NCBI GenBank assembly: GCA_038882655.1
Contig: JAVZNT010000018.1
Location: 1-17,434, forward strand
Direction: 5' to 3'
Length of the DNA: 17,434 bases
From: Candidatus Bathyarchaeia archaeon
Lineage (GTDB): Archaea > Thermoproteota > Bathyarchaeia > Bathyarchaeales > Bathycorpusculaceae
Shown here: in pieces, positions 15,745-17,434 of the stretch
Position numbering within the stretch: position 1 is the first letter of the stretch
Layout of the letters: the number at the start of each line of letters is the position of its first letter
Program-made: the position numbers and the translations under genes
Notes under the pieces: model-generated
The model's database searches: none
What the model saw: the letters and a program-made list of their open reading frames with translations, nothing else
Told to the model about the DNA's origin: nothing

Positions 15745-15789
15745 ATAGGAAGCGCTTAGCAGGGCTTGGGATTGCGCGTCAAAAACAGC

Positions 15790-16311
15790 ATGTTAAGCCT
15801 TGATTTAACGGACATAAAAATATTGGAAATGCTGCAGGAAGACGCAAGGCAGACCTACACGACCATTGGTAAGCGCCTCGGAATAGCCCACTCAACAGTC
15901 TACGACAGAATAAAAAGGATGGAGCAAAACGGCATAATAAAGAAATATACTGCGCTTGTAGATGCTGAAAAAGCTGGAGCAAAAAACGTAACAGCCATAA
16001 TGACAATAATTACAGATCCAAAAGAAAGCGAGAAAGTAGCTGAAAACCTTTGTAGGGTCTCACAAGTCGCAGAAGTCTACACATCTCTTTCAGAAGAACT
16101 CCAAATAATAGCAAAGGTCATAGCTGAAAACCAGGAAAGTCTCCACGAGTTCATAGCCACAACAGTTGCGCCGCTCCCTGGAGTTCTGCGAATCCGCACA
16201 TCAATAGTTACAAAAAAGTTTAAGGAAACCCAACCTTTAATAGTAAATGACCCGAAAAAGTTAACACCAAAAGAGAACAATAAGACAGTAAGAAGGGAGA
16301 AACAAAAGTGA
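15790..16311 (+). CDS. Lrp/AsnC family transcriptional regulator
   Basis: LDLTDIKILEMLQEDARQTYTTIGKRLGIAHSTVYDRIKRMEQNGIIKKY (HTH) plus a RAM domain ending PGVLRIRTSIV. ATG 15790 preferred over TTG 15766. Confidence 0.93.
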   Translation: MLSLDLTDIKILEMLQEDARQTYTTIGKRLGIAHSTVYDRIKRMEQNGIIKKYTALVDAEKAGAKNVTAIMTIITDPKESEKVAENLCRVSQVAEVYTSLSEELQIIAKVIAENQESLHEFIATTVAPLPGVLRIRTSIVTKKFKETQPLIVNDPKKLTPKENNKTVRREKQK

Positions 16312-16646
16312 AAAAGGAAACGGAAATAAAAGCCCTAAAAACTGTTCCGAGAGAGAAAGCCTTCTACTTCTTCACATCAATAGGGAACTATACTGGCGAA
16401 AGCGCCGCGTCACTGAAGGAGTTTATGGAAAAATTAAACGCGGTTAACGTAAAATCTTTGGAGTTCCACCTCTACCGCGGGGACTTCGAAAAATGGATAA
16501 ACGAAGTCCTGGAAGACGCTGCACTAGCTGAAGAAGTGAGAAAATTAAAAACGGCAAACTTGACAGGAGAAAGCCTTCGAAACCAATTATACATGACGGT
16601 AGCTAGAGAATTAAAGCGTTTAACAAACGCAGTCTCACTCACATAA
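16308..16646 (+). CDS. DUF5752-family protein
   Basis: VPREKAFYFFTSIGNYTGESAASLKEF...SLEFHLYRGDFEKWINEVLEDAALA matches the DUF5752 pattern as I recall it. GTGA overlap with the Lrp gene. Confidence 0.78.
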   Translation: MKKETEIKALKTVPREKAFYFFTSIGNYTGESAASLKEFMEKLNAVNVKSLEFHLYRGDFEKWINEVLEDAALAEEVRKLKTANLTGESLRNQLYMTVARELKRLTNAVSLT

Positions 16647-17434
16647 AAATTCTTAGACAATGCTGATTTTAAGGACGCTTCTGATTTTTGCGCTTCTTTA
16701 ATCAAGTCCGATATTTTCAAGTTGCGAACAGGTGGAGAGTCAGGATAAAATCGGAGATGTGGAGGAATTTTAAACGACCAGTCCGGATAGGCCTCTCCAA
16801 CGGCTTGCCCTATAGTTTTATTTCCATAGAAAAGGCGTTGTATCAGTTTTATTATTTCCCAATCTGAATGCGTTATTGAAACCCAGCTATCCCAGCCTAT
16901 GTAAACAGTTGCACCCTTACTGCGAAAAGCTTCCGCCATATGTATACCCGCTGTTTGGTTCAGGGTTTGACATCCCATCGCAATAACTATGCTCTTGGGA
17001 AAAGTGCCCTCTAACTCCTTTACGAAATCTGGGGATAAGGCAAAATATTCCTTAATTGTTCCGGAAATATTTAGCTCACCTTTTACCAGAAGCCCTTTAT
17101 TTTGCAATTCTTCATATTTCATTCGATCATACCTCTCAGATGTGAAGAAGTCTACTGCTGAACCGTCTTTTCGCAGTGCGGCATGAGTTCTTAAAATTAT
17201 TATGCCATAATTGCCTTTAGCCAGTCCCTTGAAAAATTCAACTTTGGTCTGAGTATAATTGTAATATGCAACTGTAAAATTGTGTTCTTTCAAAAGGTCG
17301 GTCATAGCATCAACAAAAGTTTTATTGTAGAAATCTTCGCTGAGTTGGTCGATTATTGCAGCTTTAAGCGAGAACTTAACCTCGCTTTCTGAGGCTTGCC
17401 AGAAAAACTGGTATATTACCGCGCCTAAAATTAT
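16472..17434 (-). CDS. Membrane-anchored exported protein with caspase/CHAT (clan CD)-like His-Cys motifs; 5' end lies outside the window
   Basis: The frame is open from 17434 (IILGAVIYQFFWQ...KAAIIDQLSEDFYNKTFVDAMTDLL). Motifs GIIILRTHAA, IVIAMGCQT and MAEAFRSKGATVYIGW; six N-x-S/T sequons. The 3' end overlaps the DUF5752 gene antisense by 175 bp. Confidence 0.65.
   Translation of the reverse strand: MILGAVIYQFFWQASESEVKFSLKAAIIDQLSEDFYNKTFVDAMTDLLKEHNFTVAYYNYTQTKVEFFKGLAKGNYGIIILRTHAALRKDGSAVDFFTSERYDRMKYEELQNKGLLVKGELNISGTIKEYFALSPDFVKELEGTFPKSIVIAMGCQTLNQTAGIHMAEAFRSKGATVYIGWDSWVSITHSDWEIIKLIQRLFYGNKTIGQAVGEAYPDWSFKIPPHLRFYPDSPPVRNLKISDLIKEAQKSEASLKSALSKNFYVSETAFVKRFNSLATVMYNWFRRLSPVKFAVFNFLTSSASAASSRTSFIHFSKSPR

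Noticed and set aside
15480-15745. Regularly spaced repeats as a degenerate CRISPR array or replication origin (ORB) cluster
   Set aside because: The units are only about 15 bp, degenerate and in mixed orientation with a 30-bp period, too short for repeat plus spacer. There are no cas or cdc6/orc1 genes and no ORB G-string. Lrp boxes explain them better.

Overview
Archaeal chromosomal segment. The unsplit Rpo1 (A'+A'' fused), unsplit Rpo2, DUF5752 and general gene content suggest a TACK lineage, most likely Bathyarchaeia-like (inference). Left to right: the 3' end of a kleisin-like gene coupled to a MAGE/Nse3-like KITE gene (candidate archaeal Smc5/6-type module); a convergent AT-rich HNH nuclease gene; a small membrane protein; the minus-strand rpoB-rpoA-rpl30e-nusA operon, without its usual rpoH and rps12/rps7 neighbours; an intron-containing tRNA-Leu(CAA); nadA; nikR divergent from an ECF S-component-like gene plus FmdE, with a clear 28-bp NikR-type operator; thioredoxin; an unannotated 44-aa membrane microprotein; a DUF2148 Fe-S protein; two hypotheticals; a divergent intergenic region with phased Lrp-type boxes ahead of an Lrp/AsnC-DUF5752 pair; and a window-truncated membrane-anchored protein with caspase/CHAT-like His-Cys motifs. 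No CRISPR array, rRNA or transposase was seen. All family calls come from motif recognition by eye, not database searches.
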